A DNA stretch of 64,000 bases. It comes from Strigamia acuminata (Eukaryota). A model generated the notes under the pieces. The model saw only the letters and a list, made by a program, of their open reading frames with translations, had not been told where the DNA came from and ran no database searches. Positions 1-13,750 of the stretch are shown here, in pieces; the stretch's first letter is position 1; the number at the start of each line of letters is the position of its first letter. Made by a program: the position numbers and the translations under genes. The stretch lies in the NCBI GenBank assembly GCA_949358305.1, contig OX442314.1, forward strand, positions 4,898,001 through 4,962,000, read 5' to 3'.

Positions 1-379
1 TAAACTGCATATCGGGCCTGATGGTATAAAGTGTGCCCTAGAAGTTGTTGTATCGGAATGGAATGATCTTAAGAAGAAAAGTGACGCTGGGTTAGGATCA
101 AAGGTGTAACATAAGGTCGATGTGATGATAGCATGTGCTAGGCTAAAGATCACGTGCTGGGTAGAGTAAAGTACGCTTCATGTATGGATTTAGTTGGTTA
201 AATTCCGAATCTTGGCGTTAAACAAATTTTATTGCATTTACTTGGGCGTCGGCTTGAATTTTACATTATTTTCTTTGTTTTTACAATTTTGATAAAATTT
301 TACAATCTTGATAAAATTTTACATTATTTTACATTTTTGCAAAAATTTGCATAAAATTTATCATAATTTTAACACATAA

Positions 380-840
380 ACAAACGTAAAAAACGTAAAT
401 GAAACGTAAAAAACGTAAAATAGACGTAAAAAACGTAAAACAAACGTAAAAACGTAAAACAAACGTAAAACAAACGTCAGTAACGTATAATAAACGTAAA
501 ACAAACGTAAAATAAACTTAAAAACAAAACAAACCTAAAAACGTAAAATAAACTTAAAAACAAAACAAACCTAAAAACGTAAAACAAACGTAACAAACGT
601 AAAACGAACGTAACAAACGTAAAACAAACGTAGAAATGTGTTAAAACACGTAAAAACCAACGTTAAAACTGTAAAAAAAAACCACAAATTTAAAAAACCG
701 TTTAAAGGCGTAAAAAGCGTTTAAAAGCGTAAACAAACGGAAAAAATATTCAAAATAGTAAAACAACGTATCGATAACAACATAAAAATCGTAAAACAAA
801 CGTTAAAAACACTTAAAACCAACGTAAAACGAAACCAAGT
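380..840. repeat. A-rich AAACGTAA degenerate minisatellite; inverted counterpart at ~1935-2125
   Basis: Repeated aaacgtaaaa / caaacgtaa. The reverse-complement form ttttgttacgttttt recurs at 1935-2125 and 50740-51120. Confidence 0.8.
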
Positions 841-1238
841 CACCGCTCTCGTCTACACTTTTACAATTAACAGTCCTTCTTGAATTCCTGCAATTTGAAA
901 CAAAACCCGCGGTCCGTCATCCCACGAACAACACTAGATCCAATTTCCAACCAAAAATTAGAAAAGAAAAAAGACATTAGTCAATTCCTACAAAAATCCC
1001 CCCTAATCCTCTATGAAACTTCTCAAAATTTCCATCAACTTTGCAAATCAAAAAATCCTCAAAGGGTGGAACTGTCAAAAACCCAACAACCAATCGAAAT
1101 TAACCATTACACTTTTGATTTATGACACGCAGCGGCGCACCCACCCTCCTCCTACCAATTCTGGCGGCCATTAAGAGGGAGGCGCTGCACAACACAATTT
1201 GACATGCAATCAAAACTCCCTTCCTACATCCACAACAA

Positions 1239-1647
1239 ATGTGCACAAATATAAAAATGGCCGAAAAAAAAATTTTGTCACCAGGTGGCGATTTTTTTGT
1301 TGTTGCATGACTTTCTTATCTGCATAAATATAAAAATGGCCGGAAAAAAAATTTGTCACCAGGTGGCGATTTTTATTTATTTTTTTTGCTTGACTTACTT
1401 ATGTACACAAATATAAAAATGGCCGAAAAAAAAAATTTTGTCACCAGGTGGCGATTTTTATTTTTTATTTTGCTTGACTTTCTTATGTACACGAATATAA
1501 AAATGGCCGAAAAAAATAAATTTTGTCACCAGGTGGCGATTTTTATTTTTTATTTTGCTTGACTTTCTTACGTGCAGAAATATAAAAATGGCCGAAGAAA
1601 ATAAATTTTGTCACCAGGTGGCCTTTTTTTGTGCATGACTTTCTTAT
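1239..1647 (+). repeat. Five ~78-85-bp tandem units, each with a YY1/Pho-like and a CTCF-like motif
   Basis: AAAAATGGCCG and GTCACCAGGTGGC in every unit. The CTCF-like cores start at 1277, 1355, 1440, 1525 and 1610. Confidence 0.85.
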
Positions 1648-2769
1648 GGGAAGTTTATTTTGCACCTTAATGGGGCCTGACCCGTTGCGGGGGAGAAAGG
1701 CGTGGTCTCACGGGGACTAATTAGTGAGTTTGCTCATCTCGTATTCTCTCTCTCTAGGCGGCGGCAAAACGAGAGAGGAAGGAGAAAGGGAAAAAAGAAT
1801 GGCGTGATGGATGAAGTGCGACGACTGGTGAGGAAGGGAAGTTTATGAGTTTGCCAAGTGTTTAGTCACACTGTCGGTTTGATGGCGGATATTTTTCGGC
1901 GAAATGTTTTTGGAATTGTTGGAGGGATTTTTCGTGGTTTTGTTACGTTTTTGGTGGTTTTGTTACGTTTTTTGGTGGTATTGTTACGTTTTTTAATTTT
2001 TATTGGTGGTTTTGTTAAGTTTTTTGGTGGTTTTGTTACGTATTTTGGTGTTTTGTTACGTTTTTAAATTTTTTTTGGTGGTTTTGTTACGTTTTTTGGT
2101 GGTATTGTTAAGTTTTTTGCGTAATTTGTTTGGGTGTTCTGTTATTTTCTGATTTGCGGTTGTATTTTTTGTTGGTTTAGGGTGGGAAATTGGGTGTTGC
2201 TGTTCCGTTGGTTTTGAATTGCATTGTTTCCGAATTTAGTTATTGCTAAAATTGATTAATTCCGTTATTTCTTGACCTGTTTATTCCGTTATTTTTGAAT
2301 TTCGTTATTTTGTTGGTTCTACATTTTCTCGAAAGAACTGCGTTATTCCTACAACTTTATCATGTTTCTTTTTCTACATTACGTTATTGCGTTATTTCTA
2401 ATCTCATTAATTTATGAATTTCGTTATTTTGTTGCTTCTAAAACACGTTATTTTGAAATTCCGTCATTGCTAAATTAAATTAATTCCGTTATTGCAAAAT
2501 TTAATTTATTTAGTTATTGCTAAATTTAATTAATTCCGTTATTTCTGTTATTTACGAATTCCGTTATTTTGTTGTTTATACTTTACGATTTTTTCTATAA
2601 CGTTATTACAATATATTTATATTTTGTCATTGCGGTATTTCTATATTACGGTTTTGCGTTATTTCTGCATTACGTTATTGCGGTATTTCTACATATTACG
2701 TTATTGCGACATTTTTACATATTACGTTATTGCGGTATATTTGCGTAGTACGTTATTTCCAAATCCCAA

Positions 2770-3215
2770 GATTTCCCTTATTTTCAAATTCCGTTATTCC
2801 GCCATCTTCAAACCCCGTCAATTCATCATTTTCAAATTCCGTTATTCCATTATTTTCAAATTCCGTTATTCCGCCATTTTCAAATTCCGTTATTCCGCCA
2901 TCTTCGAATTCCGTTATTCCATTATTTTAAATTTCCGTTATTCCATCATTTTAAATTTCCGTTATTCCATCATTTTCAAATTCCGTTATTCCGTCATTTT
3001 AAAATTTTGTTATTCCATCATTTTAAATTTCCGTTATTCCGTCATTTTCAAATTCCGTTATTCCGCCATCTTCGAATTCCGTTATACCATTATTTTCAAA
3101 TTCCGTTATTCCATTATTTTCAAATTCCGTTATTCCATCATTTTCAGTTCCGTTATTCCGCCATTTTCAAATTCCGTTATTCCGCCATCTTCTCATTCCG
3201 TTATTCCGTCATTCC
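2770..3215. repeat. 24-bp minisatellite (TTCCGTTATTCCGCCATTTTCAAA), degenerate back to ~2260
   Basis: Tandem units visible; produces spurious FKFRYS ORFs. Confidence 0.92.
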
Positions 3216-6200
3216 TAAACATTCCCTCCCATCCCATTTCCCTCGCGACACACGAAACGACCTCCGACTAAACACCAAACAAGCCCGCAGTTATTTACCC
3301 AATCAAATCACTCCGATATCCACACACAAGTTTTAAAAAACATAACAACATTCAACTCACGTCTCCATACAACTACTTCCCACCCAACCTCCCCCGTCAA
3401 ACCTCGCTCGCTACAATGCACACAGTGTCATTCCCTTCGAGATTCCATTTTCTGATGTTTGCTACTTTACTACTCCGCCAAGAAAAACGAAATGAAAAAA
3501 AAATAAATAACCAATAAATAAAGAAATATATATACAACGTCAAACCAAACCCACCGGCCCGCATCGCACAATCATGCCGCGCCACACGCGCCTCGCCCCG
3601 GCACAACGCTCCAACGAAACCGTACTCCCCGCCAACCCCGCGAATCTCCACCAACCTCCGCCGCGCAATGCGTGCCTCGCGCCGCCTGGCATTCCTCGCA
3701 TCCCCGCGCTCCCACAATCAAATTAACCACTTCTCCTTGACGCATCACCTCATATTTTTTCTATCAAAAGATAAACACACATCTGTATTTACGACCGGTT
3801 TATTTCCACTAAAGGATCCAGTTCCGGTCCATTCATTCTGCTTGTAGCGCGCCCTGGTGACGCTTTTTATTGCCACATTGATCAACAAACTGCGCAAATA
3901 TGGCGCCCCCTAACCGTTATCTATCCCTTTTTTCGCGACAATTTCGTCGCCAGGTGGCCGGCCGAAGCACGAGTGAAATGTTTTAATTAATTTCGAGTTT
4001 TTGACCTCGATAACACGACTATCAATCGCTTAATAGGCCTAATCTGTGTGTGCGCAGCCGCTGCACGCCTTTTTCGCCCTGGAATTAATTAATTTTAATT
4101 TTTGTTTTTTTTTTGTTTTCTGGTGACGGTTTGTGGAACTACGATAATGGGGATTGAAGGATTTTAATTTGTTTTTTTTTTTTAATTTTTTTTTGGGGGG
4201 GGGGGGGGGGGAGTGGGTTTGGGGGGGGGGCTTTTGGAAGGATCAGTCACTTTAGTGGCCGTAAATCGAGTGGAGGTGGGGAAATGGAGGGCGATTCGGA
4301 GGTGAGGGCGGTTGTGTTTTGCATCGTTGTTTAATGGAGTCGACACCAGGGGGCCGAGGTTTTTTTTCTTCCTTTATTTGGAAGTGATGGAGTGCTGGTT
4401 TATGCGTTTTGGAGTTCGATTTATGGTGATGTTGGAAAAAAGGAAAGTTTTGGTTTTTTTATGGAAAACATCAAGATGGAGGTGGTTTTTTTTTTTGGAA
4501 AAGTTGTGGTTTTTAATTTTTTTAAAGGTGAATAATTATTTTTTGTAAAAAAAATTGAATTTTGGAGAAAAAAGGAAATTTTTTTTTGGGAAGAAATCAA
4601 AATGGTGGTTTCTTTTTTGTTTTTTTTTTATATTTTTTTTTTTGGTTTTTTTGGGTAGGAAAAAATTAAGATGGTGGTGATTGATTCAGAATTTGTAGGA
4701 AAGAAATTGTAATTGTAATTATTTGTAGTAAAAAAAAATTAAATTTTGGAAGATTTTTTTTGGATAAAATCAAAATGGCGGTGTTGTTGAATGAGGTTTG
4801 GATTTTTTTGGATAAAATCGAGATGGCGTTTTTGATACGGTCTGTAAAGTGATGTCCAAAATCTAGTTATCGCAAACAACGGATTTAAAATTTTCCAACT
4901 TAAAAAAAACAAGATGGCGGTCGAATTCAAAAATGTAAAAATGTAAAAATTCTATTACAAAAAAAAATAAAAAGATGGCGGTGGTCCATATAAATTTCCT
5001 TCATAAAAAAAACAACCAAAAAAAAGGAGAAAAACAAAAAAACAAAATGGTGGTCGAATTAACAAATCTAAAAGTTTTCCATGAAAACCTAAAACCAAGA
5101 ATACAAAATGGTGGTCCTAATAAATTACCATCAACAAAACAACTACATAAAAAAAAATATATATATATAAATGGCGGTTTACTTCAACAATTTATAATAT
5201 TCCCACGATAAACTGAAACTGAAAAAAAATCAAGATGGCAGTTTTGATAGAACTTCACCAAAAAAAAAAGATAGCGGTCCTCATAGATTTTCCCAAAAAA
5301 ACAAGATGGCGGTCCTGATAGATTTTCCCAAAAAAACAAGATGTCGATCCTGACTCCTGATAGATCTTCAACAAAAAACAAGATGGCGGTCTTGATAGAT
5401 TTTCCCCAAAAAACAAGATGGCGGTCCTGATAGATCTTTACCAACCAAACATAAAAAATAAAAAAATTAAAAAACTAAACAAACAATCAACAACAACAAA
5501 AAAAAACAGCCAAAAAAACCACAATGTCTTCCACGTTTCCATTTCCTTTTTTATCGACAGCTCAGGTGCGGGTCAGACTTTGTTCGTTTGAGCGGTCGTA
5601 AAAGCGCGGCAACCAAACCCAGACCCAATGCAGACCAAGAAAGCGCTCGCCCGCCTCTCACACCTCACCCTTTCCTTTATCGTCCTCCTTCCAACATGGC
5701 CGCCCCTCGGCCTCGTTTTCATGTTTGCTCATCGTCTTAGCGCTTATCTGCGCCGCCCGACGACAGAGTGCAACTCAAAAAGCGAAACTAAATCCGAAAC
5801 TAATCCGGCTTTGATCTTTGTCCTGACAGATGCTGTTTATCTCAAATTTTTCTTAAAGCGATGAACAAGCAAACTTGTCTGCACTCTCTAAAGCTCTAAG
5901 CAGCTGGAATAAACAGTGTTGTGATAGGGAGCTAAGACGCCCTTTTTTTTATTGTCAACTCAGACAGGAAATTAAGTTGCAGGTATTTCTACGGAGGTAG
6001 GTGCTTCCATAAAAGACACATCTATTTGTTAAAGGAGCTTGTGCAAATAGTCATTTCCTACGGCTGATGGGGTATAAAAATGTTGCATACGGGGGCTTCG
6101 GGGTTCGGGTTTAGCACGCTTTAATTTTTCTTTGTGTTTTGCACGAGATACGCTAGGGGGGAGTATGGCGCGGTGTTGACGGAACGTCAATTCTTTTGAG

Positions 6201-6349
6201 TTTCGGCTTTGCAACCATAATTTCTAAGGGATTGGATTTGGTTGCCGGGAAGCTGTCCGTCGAGTCGTCGGAGGGACTCCGGTGTTACTCACATGATACA
6301 CAAAATGTACAAGGGAGTGGCCATTTTGGTTCAATTTTTTGGATAGAAA

Positions 6350-6890
6350 ATTGGAAGTTTTTGGTCGAAAAAGTGGATTTTTGGTCCAAAAAGTGGATTT
6401 TTTGTCCAAAAAGTAGATTTTTGGTCCAAAAAGTGGATTTTTGGTCCAAAAAGTGGATTTTTGGTCCAAAAAGTGGATTTTTGGTCCAAAAAGTAGATTT
6501 TTGGTCCAAAAAGTGGATTTTTGGTCCAAAGAGTGGATTTTTGGTCCAAGAAATGGATTTTTGGTCCAAGAAATGAATTTTTGGTCCAAAAAATGGATTT
6601 TTGGTCCAAAAAATGGATTTTTGGTCAAAAAAATGGATTTTTGGTCAAAAAAATGGATTTTTGGTCAAAAAAATGGATTTTTGGTCAAAAAAGTGGATTT
6701 TTGGTTAAAAAAATGGATTTTTGGTCCACGAAATGGATTTTTGGTCCGAGATATGGATTTTTGGTCCAAAAAATTGATTTATTGGTCAAAAAAATTGAAT
6801 TTTTTGGTCTAAAAAATGGATTATTGGTCCAAAAACTGAATTTATGGTCCAAAAAATGGTTTTATGTTCCAAAAAATGAATTTGATCCAA
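6350..6890. repeat. 20-bp minisatellite (TTGGTCCAAAAAGTGGATTT)
   Basis: Tandem units visible. Confidence 0.95.
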
Positions 6891-9800
6891 AAAGTGTGCA
6901 GAAAGTGTTCAGAAAATAAAATCCAGTTGAATCTTCATTCCAGTTGTATCCCAACTCCAACAAATTGAATTTGTCGTTCGACCGACTTATTAGCATTTTT
7001 TGCTTTGAATTTTTCACCACTGCAGCTGAGCTTAGCATCATATGGATAAGTCTTTGTTTTCACTGGTAGTTAAGGGACAATATTGGCAGGAAGTGGTGTG
7101 ACTCTACAAACACTTTTTCACAGAAATCAATTGACAATTGCTATAGGTTTAAGACCTCTCTTTAACTACATCGAAGGATTCACCGAAAAGCCGAAAACTA
7201 CTAAAACAACAACACAGGAATAGACAGAGACTACAAACAATTTATTTCTTCCTGCAATTCCAATTAACTTTTTGGAATTTCATCAAATATCCACATTTTA
7301 TATAAATTTGAAAATTTAATTACAAATTAAACTTTGAGGCTATGCAAATTGATTTTTGGCTCCACTTTCATCTCCAACTCTCAGCTGAATTGGTGATCCA
7401 ATGAAAACAAACTTTAACTTCATTTTATTTATTTTTTCACTCATCTCTGACTCACTCCTGAGTATTCTAATCTACAAAACTGCCTCCAGGTTGCCTGAGA
7501 ACTACTCCATCATGCACACTGGGCATTTGTGAATATTTAACCATTGAGCCTGGCCCATTGTCTGCAAAACCCATTTGCTTGCTTATTTTATGGCTTGTCT
7601 GGATACAAGCACCTTTCTCAATATAACTTAAGTTCCAGGAAATGACCAGCAGATGAAATGAGATAAAAAGCCATTGGCAATTGACAGGGAGATAGAAAAA
7701 GTGCAGAGAGAAAAATAAAAAGAAAAAAGGTTGCAAGAGGGTGAATTTCCTGTTTCACACTTCATCTTGAAATGGCTTCTCTTTATGGCACCACACACCA
7801 TAGTCCTTGATGATCTCTTATTTGATTTTTTAAAGCTCTTAATCAATAAAGGAATTAGCACCTTTTTATTCCACTGGAATCAACTTGTGTTCCCCAATTG
7901 TTGAATGCACTCTGCATTATTCATGCTTGCTTTTTGGGTATTTTAATGAGCTGCACCAATATTATCTTGTTAAAAGTTTGGATTTAGTTAAACAGAAGAA
8001 GCAGAATGCAACTTAGCATTAATGCATTTGAACTTTAATCCAATTAAAACTTTAATTATAAGGAATGAGAAGGTTCTGGCTTATACAATATTAAAATGTA
8101 GATAAGCAATGCATTTTTCCCCCTCTTCTTCACACTCCACATAATATTTGCATGCTATTTTAAGTTATTGTTATTATGGAAGAGCCTGGTTTGGTATATA
8201 TTAAATTTTGAAATTAATTTGGATTCTTCGTCTTGCCGCGGCATCAGTATGGCCTTTTGGTTTTGGGCTTTTGATTGGGTTGCTTACTATGCAGATGGAG
8301 GAGGATGTGAATCTCTGGTCCATTGTGCAGATAAGGGATTTTTTGATGGGATCATATCAATTTTTCTGGAAATTTTGTCTATCAGAGGATCGGAGACTTT
8401 GTGAATGGATTTTGCTAGGATAGGAACAGCTTACCATGCTGATCATTTGTTGCCATTGGAAATCAAGTTAGTCAGCACTTGAAGCTTCCGAAGAAGTTTA
8501 TTAATCCTATCTATGAATCCTTTTTACACTCCAGCCCAACAAGTGGTAGCAGAGGATGGTTTTAATTCTTCTGGGGAAAGATCCATCCCGGGGCCTAAAT
8601 GTACTCTATTCACATTTCTTGTCATGTGTTTAATTTCATTCAACCAATTTTAGGTGTATTGTTGCATGTAGTCACTACACCAAATTCTTTGCTGTGTTGT
8701 AACAATTAATTTTTAGTTTTTGAGTAAAAAGGTCAATTTTATCAATTCACTGGGTGAATAGGCTGCTGTTCTAGAACTAATTCTAAGGCACAGTTACTAT
8801 ATTGTTTTTTAACCGGAAATGTGAGACGATAAATTTTCATATACCATATATAAATAAAGCCATCCTACCCAATGCACCTTTCATAAGGTCAATTTTTCCA
8901 TACATTCTAACCATCACATCAATTTTCTCAAGCATTTTGACTATCGGAAGAACGGAGTCTTCGTTAACGGCTTTTTTTTGAAGTGCCTAGACAAGCCGGT
9001 TGCTTTGGAAGGAACAGTTGTTGCTTGCATCATTAAACTTTATCTAACAAAGAAGAAAAAAGTTCAAATACCTGATCCTAAAAGTTAATGCCAAGTCCTA
9101 ATAGTGTGGACATTTGTTAACAAAAGCGCCGTTACAACATCTCTGGTAATCCCCGGCAGGTGCCGCTGATGACCTCGGAAGAGATACCAAACTTACGCTT
9201 GAGCTGGAGATGCCAAGGGACTCTACATTAAAGGTTTTAGCAGAGAAATTGAAACCAAGACAAATTTGTGCATTAGCTTAAAAAAATCAACTTCGAGACT
9301 TGATAGCGAAGAAGTTTGATTAATTGTTTGGAGGATAAAAGGATCTCAAACTACAATGGAAATATTGTTTTTGCTATGTGATTTAGTGGGAGAAAAAGAG
9401 CTACAAGAATGGATGATTGTTAGTCTTGAAAAATTCCTGGGGGATTGTTTATGGATTCATAAATCACTTGTTAAAAATGAAACCAAACTGCTCGTGCTGG
9501 TAATGTTTCATTTTATTATTGCCTCTAAGTGACAATATCCTGTTCTTATGAGCATGAGTAATTCAATTGAAAACAACATTTATTCTTTTTATTCCAGCTT
9601 GTGTTCTGTCATGTGTGTGTGGATAATATTTCAGGAGACTGCCATAACACACAGTTTTATCTATTTTTAAAAGACCATCCAATTCATACTAAGTGATCCG
9701 GAGTAATGAGATTCTGCGGAACACCGGTGAACAACTAATACCATAAGGGTTTATAACCTTTATTAGATTAATCAATAAAACAATTTATTATTCTGTAATC

Positions 9801-10251
9801 CATTGTGCTTTTCATCTCTTTCGCCGACCAAAAAGTGGAAATCGAAGCCGAAGGAATTGATTATTTCTTTTACTTGTTGCAACTGTTTTTCTTTAACCAT
9901 TTATTCCACCTGCCTTTCTCTCATCTTCATTCATCTCCATCAACTTTAGGGGCCACCATTTTGTCAACCTGCCACCACCCAAGATGACTCCGAGAGCAAC
10001 CGTAAAATTCAACACTCTAAGAGTTACTTTTTTAAGACACTTTCTATCTTTAATCGCCTACCACCAGGTTTGGTGCAACTCTTTTATCCTCCAAAACATC
10101 AAAAAGTCATGTCTGGACTAGTCCAGGACCTTGCTTTGGATGTATCTATCATTGAGGGGTTTTATTAATAGAGGCCGTTCTGTAATCTTGCAATTTTAAC
10201 TTTATTTGGCAACGATGGGATTTTGGCTTAGAACCATCAACCGAGGACATA

Positions 10252-10992
10252 CAGGGTGTTTCGTTTAAGATGCCCAGTCAATTTCCAGAATAAGTATATG
10301 CTTTTCTAAAAAACCAAGCAGACTATCTTATAGCAAAGTAGGGATGACGAATCCAATGGTGTAATCAAATTTTATGACAGACATGCAACAATGCACTTTT
10401 CATTTGCTAACTCATTTACTGGTTGAGATAGAGCAAAATTTCCAATTACAAAGTTGTAGAGAACCATCAAATTAGTACTATCCAACTTATCTTAGTCACC
10501 TAAGTTTACTGCTTTCTTAAAAAAAAATCAGCAAAATGAAAATTTTTATTCTTAGAAAATAAAATAATTTAGGCATTAAAAAAATACAGTGGTTTTTTTT
10601 GTTTGCTTGCATAATAATGCAAATTTGAATACATTTATTGAAGAAATTCAGTACTTTTGCAGTAGAAATTTAATTATTGCCACAATGGCTGGCTTTATTT
10701 CAGCTGATTTGTTTTCATTTTAAAATGAAAAGATTTAACTTAAGATGACTAAGATTAGTTTGGTAATACTAATTTGATGGTGCTCTACAACTTTGTAATT
10801 GGAAATTTTGCTCTATCTCCACCAGTTAACGAGTTAGCAAATGAAAAGTGCATTGTTGCATGTCTGGCATGAAATTTGATTACACCATTGGATTCGTCAT
10901 CCCTACTTTGCTAGAGGATAGTCTGCTTGGTTTTTTAAAAAAGCATACACTTATTCAGGAAATTGACTGGGCATCTTAAACGAAACACCCTG
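10252..10992. mobile_element. Tc1/mariner-type MITE with long (~255 bp) TIRs
   Basis: TA|CAGGGTGTTTCGTTTAAGATGCCCAGTCAATTTCC ... GGAAATTGACTGGGCATCTTAAACGAAACACCCTG|TA. The inverted match extends to about 10506/10737. No coding capacity. Confidence 0.9.
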
Positions 10993-12203
10993 TATATCCG
11001 TGTGTTATTTCCTATTGATTTGTTGTTCTTGTAGATGTGTTTTTACCACAAAGTAATTATAGTTTGAGTTTACTAATTGATGTATTATTGTCGTGAACGA
11101 TTGCACAAGAATGTAATGCAACCGGTGTTGTCATAACAGTGTGTTGTGGTTCGTTACGATGGAATTAAAAGCAGACATGTTCATCTTGTTTACATTTTAC
11201 CAACTCTGAGTTTATTTAAACCAACAGTTCTGTGGGCTGATTGGATGATAGCAATCACGTGTCACGCATTGCATGCCAACTAAACATGTTTGTTACCTGT
11301 TGTCTTCCCAGAATGCAATGCGGCTATGTATAATGTAGTGCCATCTTTGGTTCATGGTAGAACTATGTCTAATACAACAATCGGTCCAACGGAAGTGGAA
11401 ATCAGTGCCATCTCTTAATGGGAATTTGCAATGCAACAGTCGCATCGTCTCTCGGTGAGAATATAGAAAACAACAAACAATCCTCTCCTACTTAGTTCTA
11501 TGTTGCGGCTCTTTTACTATTGTTCGCTTTTGAACTTTTATTGTTAATTGTTACCATCACAGATATTGTGACAATGGCAATTGTTGCATTGGTATTTTCC
11601 AAAAATGTTTTCAACAATTGCAAATGAAAGTTACTATGGCAATTCAATATTGTTGTCTTTCTAACCTCCTGGATTTTCTACTGGCCTAGCTGAATGCCCA
11701 ATTCACAGATAGTGGGTATTTCGCTTTTATTGAGTTGTTCAGGGGTAGCGTTTGGATTTCTATTCGATATCCAATCCCTCTGACCGCCATACAACCGACA
11801 CCATGGTTATTGTGGTTGGTTTAATAGGTAGTGTTTTCTTTTCAACCCCTGAAGTGGTGACAGTCTTTAAGGCAAAGTTCACATCCATGTCCAATCTGAG
11901 CTTACAGCAGTTATGTGATGCAACTTAAGCTGATAGGATTGTTGCAGCATCAAAACCCACTCCCAGTGAAGTCTAGTATAACTTAATTTTCCCAATACCG
12001 GTGTGGAATAAAACCGGCCCTTGTGGATCCAATTTGATGCTTTGGCTTAACATGCCGCTGAATTTGCTTACCAATTGGCTATGTTTAAACCTAATATTTA
12101 GCTATGTCTTAGATTTCTCCAAGCCTACCGGTAGTGACATGAACAATGTTTTTAGATCATGCTTACTACCGGTATAAGTATTCTCTTTGTTCAATCTAAC
12201 TAT

Positions 12204-12377
12204 TGTCTAGATTCTTTGTCTAGATTCTTTGTCTAGATTCTTTGTCTAGATTCTTTGTCTAGATTCTTTGTCTAGATTCTTTGTCTAGATTCTTTGTCTA
12301 GATTCTTTGTCTAGATTCTTTGTCTAGATTCTTTGTCTAGATTCTTTGTCTAGATTCTTTGTCTAGATTCTTTGTCT
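12204..12377. repeat. 13-bp perfect minisatellite (GTCTAGATTCTTT)
   Basis: About 13 identical units. Confidence 0.95.
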
Positions 12378-13416
12378 TCAGTATCTACAGAAGACAGCCA
12401 AAAATAGTTGCAAGTTCTTGCAAATGTCTTGTGACTGGCTTATCAGGATCTCAGCAGTTGTAGTTGACCCTCAGTCCTGTCAGATATATACTATACACCA
12501 AACCAACACAACGTTGTCCAAACTCCTATTGGTTGAGCCGGATTGCGCCTAACTGTGGACTGTGATCTACTACGCGGAAAAGTAGTTCTGTTTATTTTCA
12601 ACGAATTTCAGTGTAAAAAGTGATTAGAATGATGGATTTTATTTATTTGATAATAAAATGTTTATTTTATTTGCTGAATTACGGGTACGGGTTCCCAATG
12701 TTCATCTCTGAGCCACAATAATGCCTGCACTGTTCTGCAGACTCAATTTTCATCGGCTTAACACAGTGCTGGAGTGGGCATATGCCATTATATCTTCAGT
12801 GTACCTTTAGTTCTTCTTAAGACTACAGCACTACTGAAGGTGTTTAATCCCTTTGTTTCCTTTCATCATGATCTTTATGAACACTCCACACTGCATTTTC
12901 TGCAAACTTGACCCGCTGTTAAAACGGATAATAAGTCGTAACTGTCCTTTAAACGTTCTGTTTAACAACTTTTTCATTTATTTAATAAATGACTCCATTG
13001 TAGCCCGGTCTTAAATGTCCACTAGAGTCCCGCCCAATCATTAGCCTAATGCGCATAACGTTTTTGCTCCTCTATTTAATGCATGGATTATGAATAAATT
13101 GCATTACACGACTAATCGTCCAAAACAGAGGACTGGTGGACGATTGTGGAATTAAAAGCAAATCACTCAACGCCGTAATTTGTCTACGCCACAAATAACA
13201 CATAATCCCCGATGACGTCGAACGAACCAGTCGAATGCTTTCAGGATAATTACGATTCGGTCGATTAGCAGCGTGTTGATGACGTCACAGCAGCCATCTT
13301 GAGTTAAGACGTGGCTTAATTACGTTCATTACGTTTGGCCTCGTTGTCGCGGAGACTCATAAACTCACTTTGGGACACTTGACAGGTTAATGGAGTCGTG
13401 GGCGGAACCGCGACAC

Positions 13417-13750
13417 GAGCGGAAGTGAGTGGTGCGTCATTATAACAGCGGCCTCTAGTGGTAAAATATATATTTTTTCTTTCGTTGTGAGTTGGATCTG
13501 CAAGTAGTGACCGTCGCTGACAAGTTGGTTTGAGCGGAAGTGAGTGGTGCTCCATTATTACCGCGCCCTCTGGTGACAAAATATTTTTTTTCCTTCTAAT
13601 GTGGGTTTGGATCTGGAAGCAGTGACCATTGTTGGCCAGTTGGTCAGTTGGTTTGAGCGGAAGTGAGTGGTGCCCCATTATTACCGCGCCCTCTGGTGAC
13701 AAAATATTTTTTTTTTTTTAATGTGGGTTTGGATTTGGAAGCAGTGACCA
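13417..13750. repeat. Three ~115-125-bp units with ETS-like and CTCF-like motifs in a CpG-rich, promoter-like region
   Basis: GAGCGGAAGTGAGTGGTGC at 13417, 13532 and 13655, each followed by GCCCTCTGGTGAC or GCCTCTAGTGG. TGACGTCA and GCCATCTT nearby at ~13280-13300. Confidence 0.7.

Noticed and set aside
2..109. Possible 3' end of a CDS (KLHIGPDGIKCALEVVVSEWNDLKKKSDAGLGSKV*)
   Set aside because: Only 35 codons at the window edge with no recognisable motif; cannot be supported.
1239..1647. Repeat-spacer appearance resembling a CRISPR array (also 35494-35609)
   Set aside because: Eukaryotic context and no cas genes. The spacers at 1.3 kb are copies of each other.
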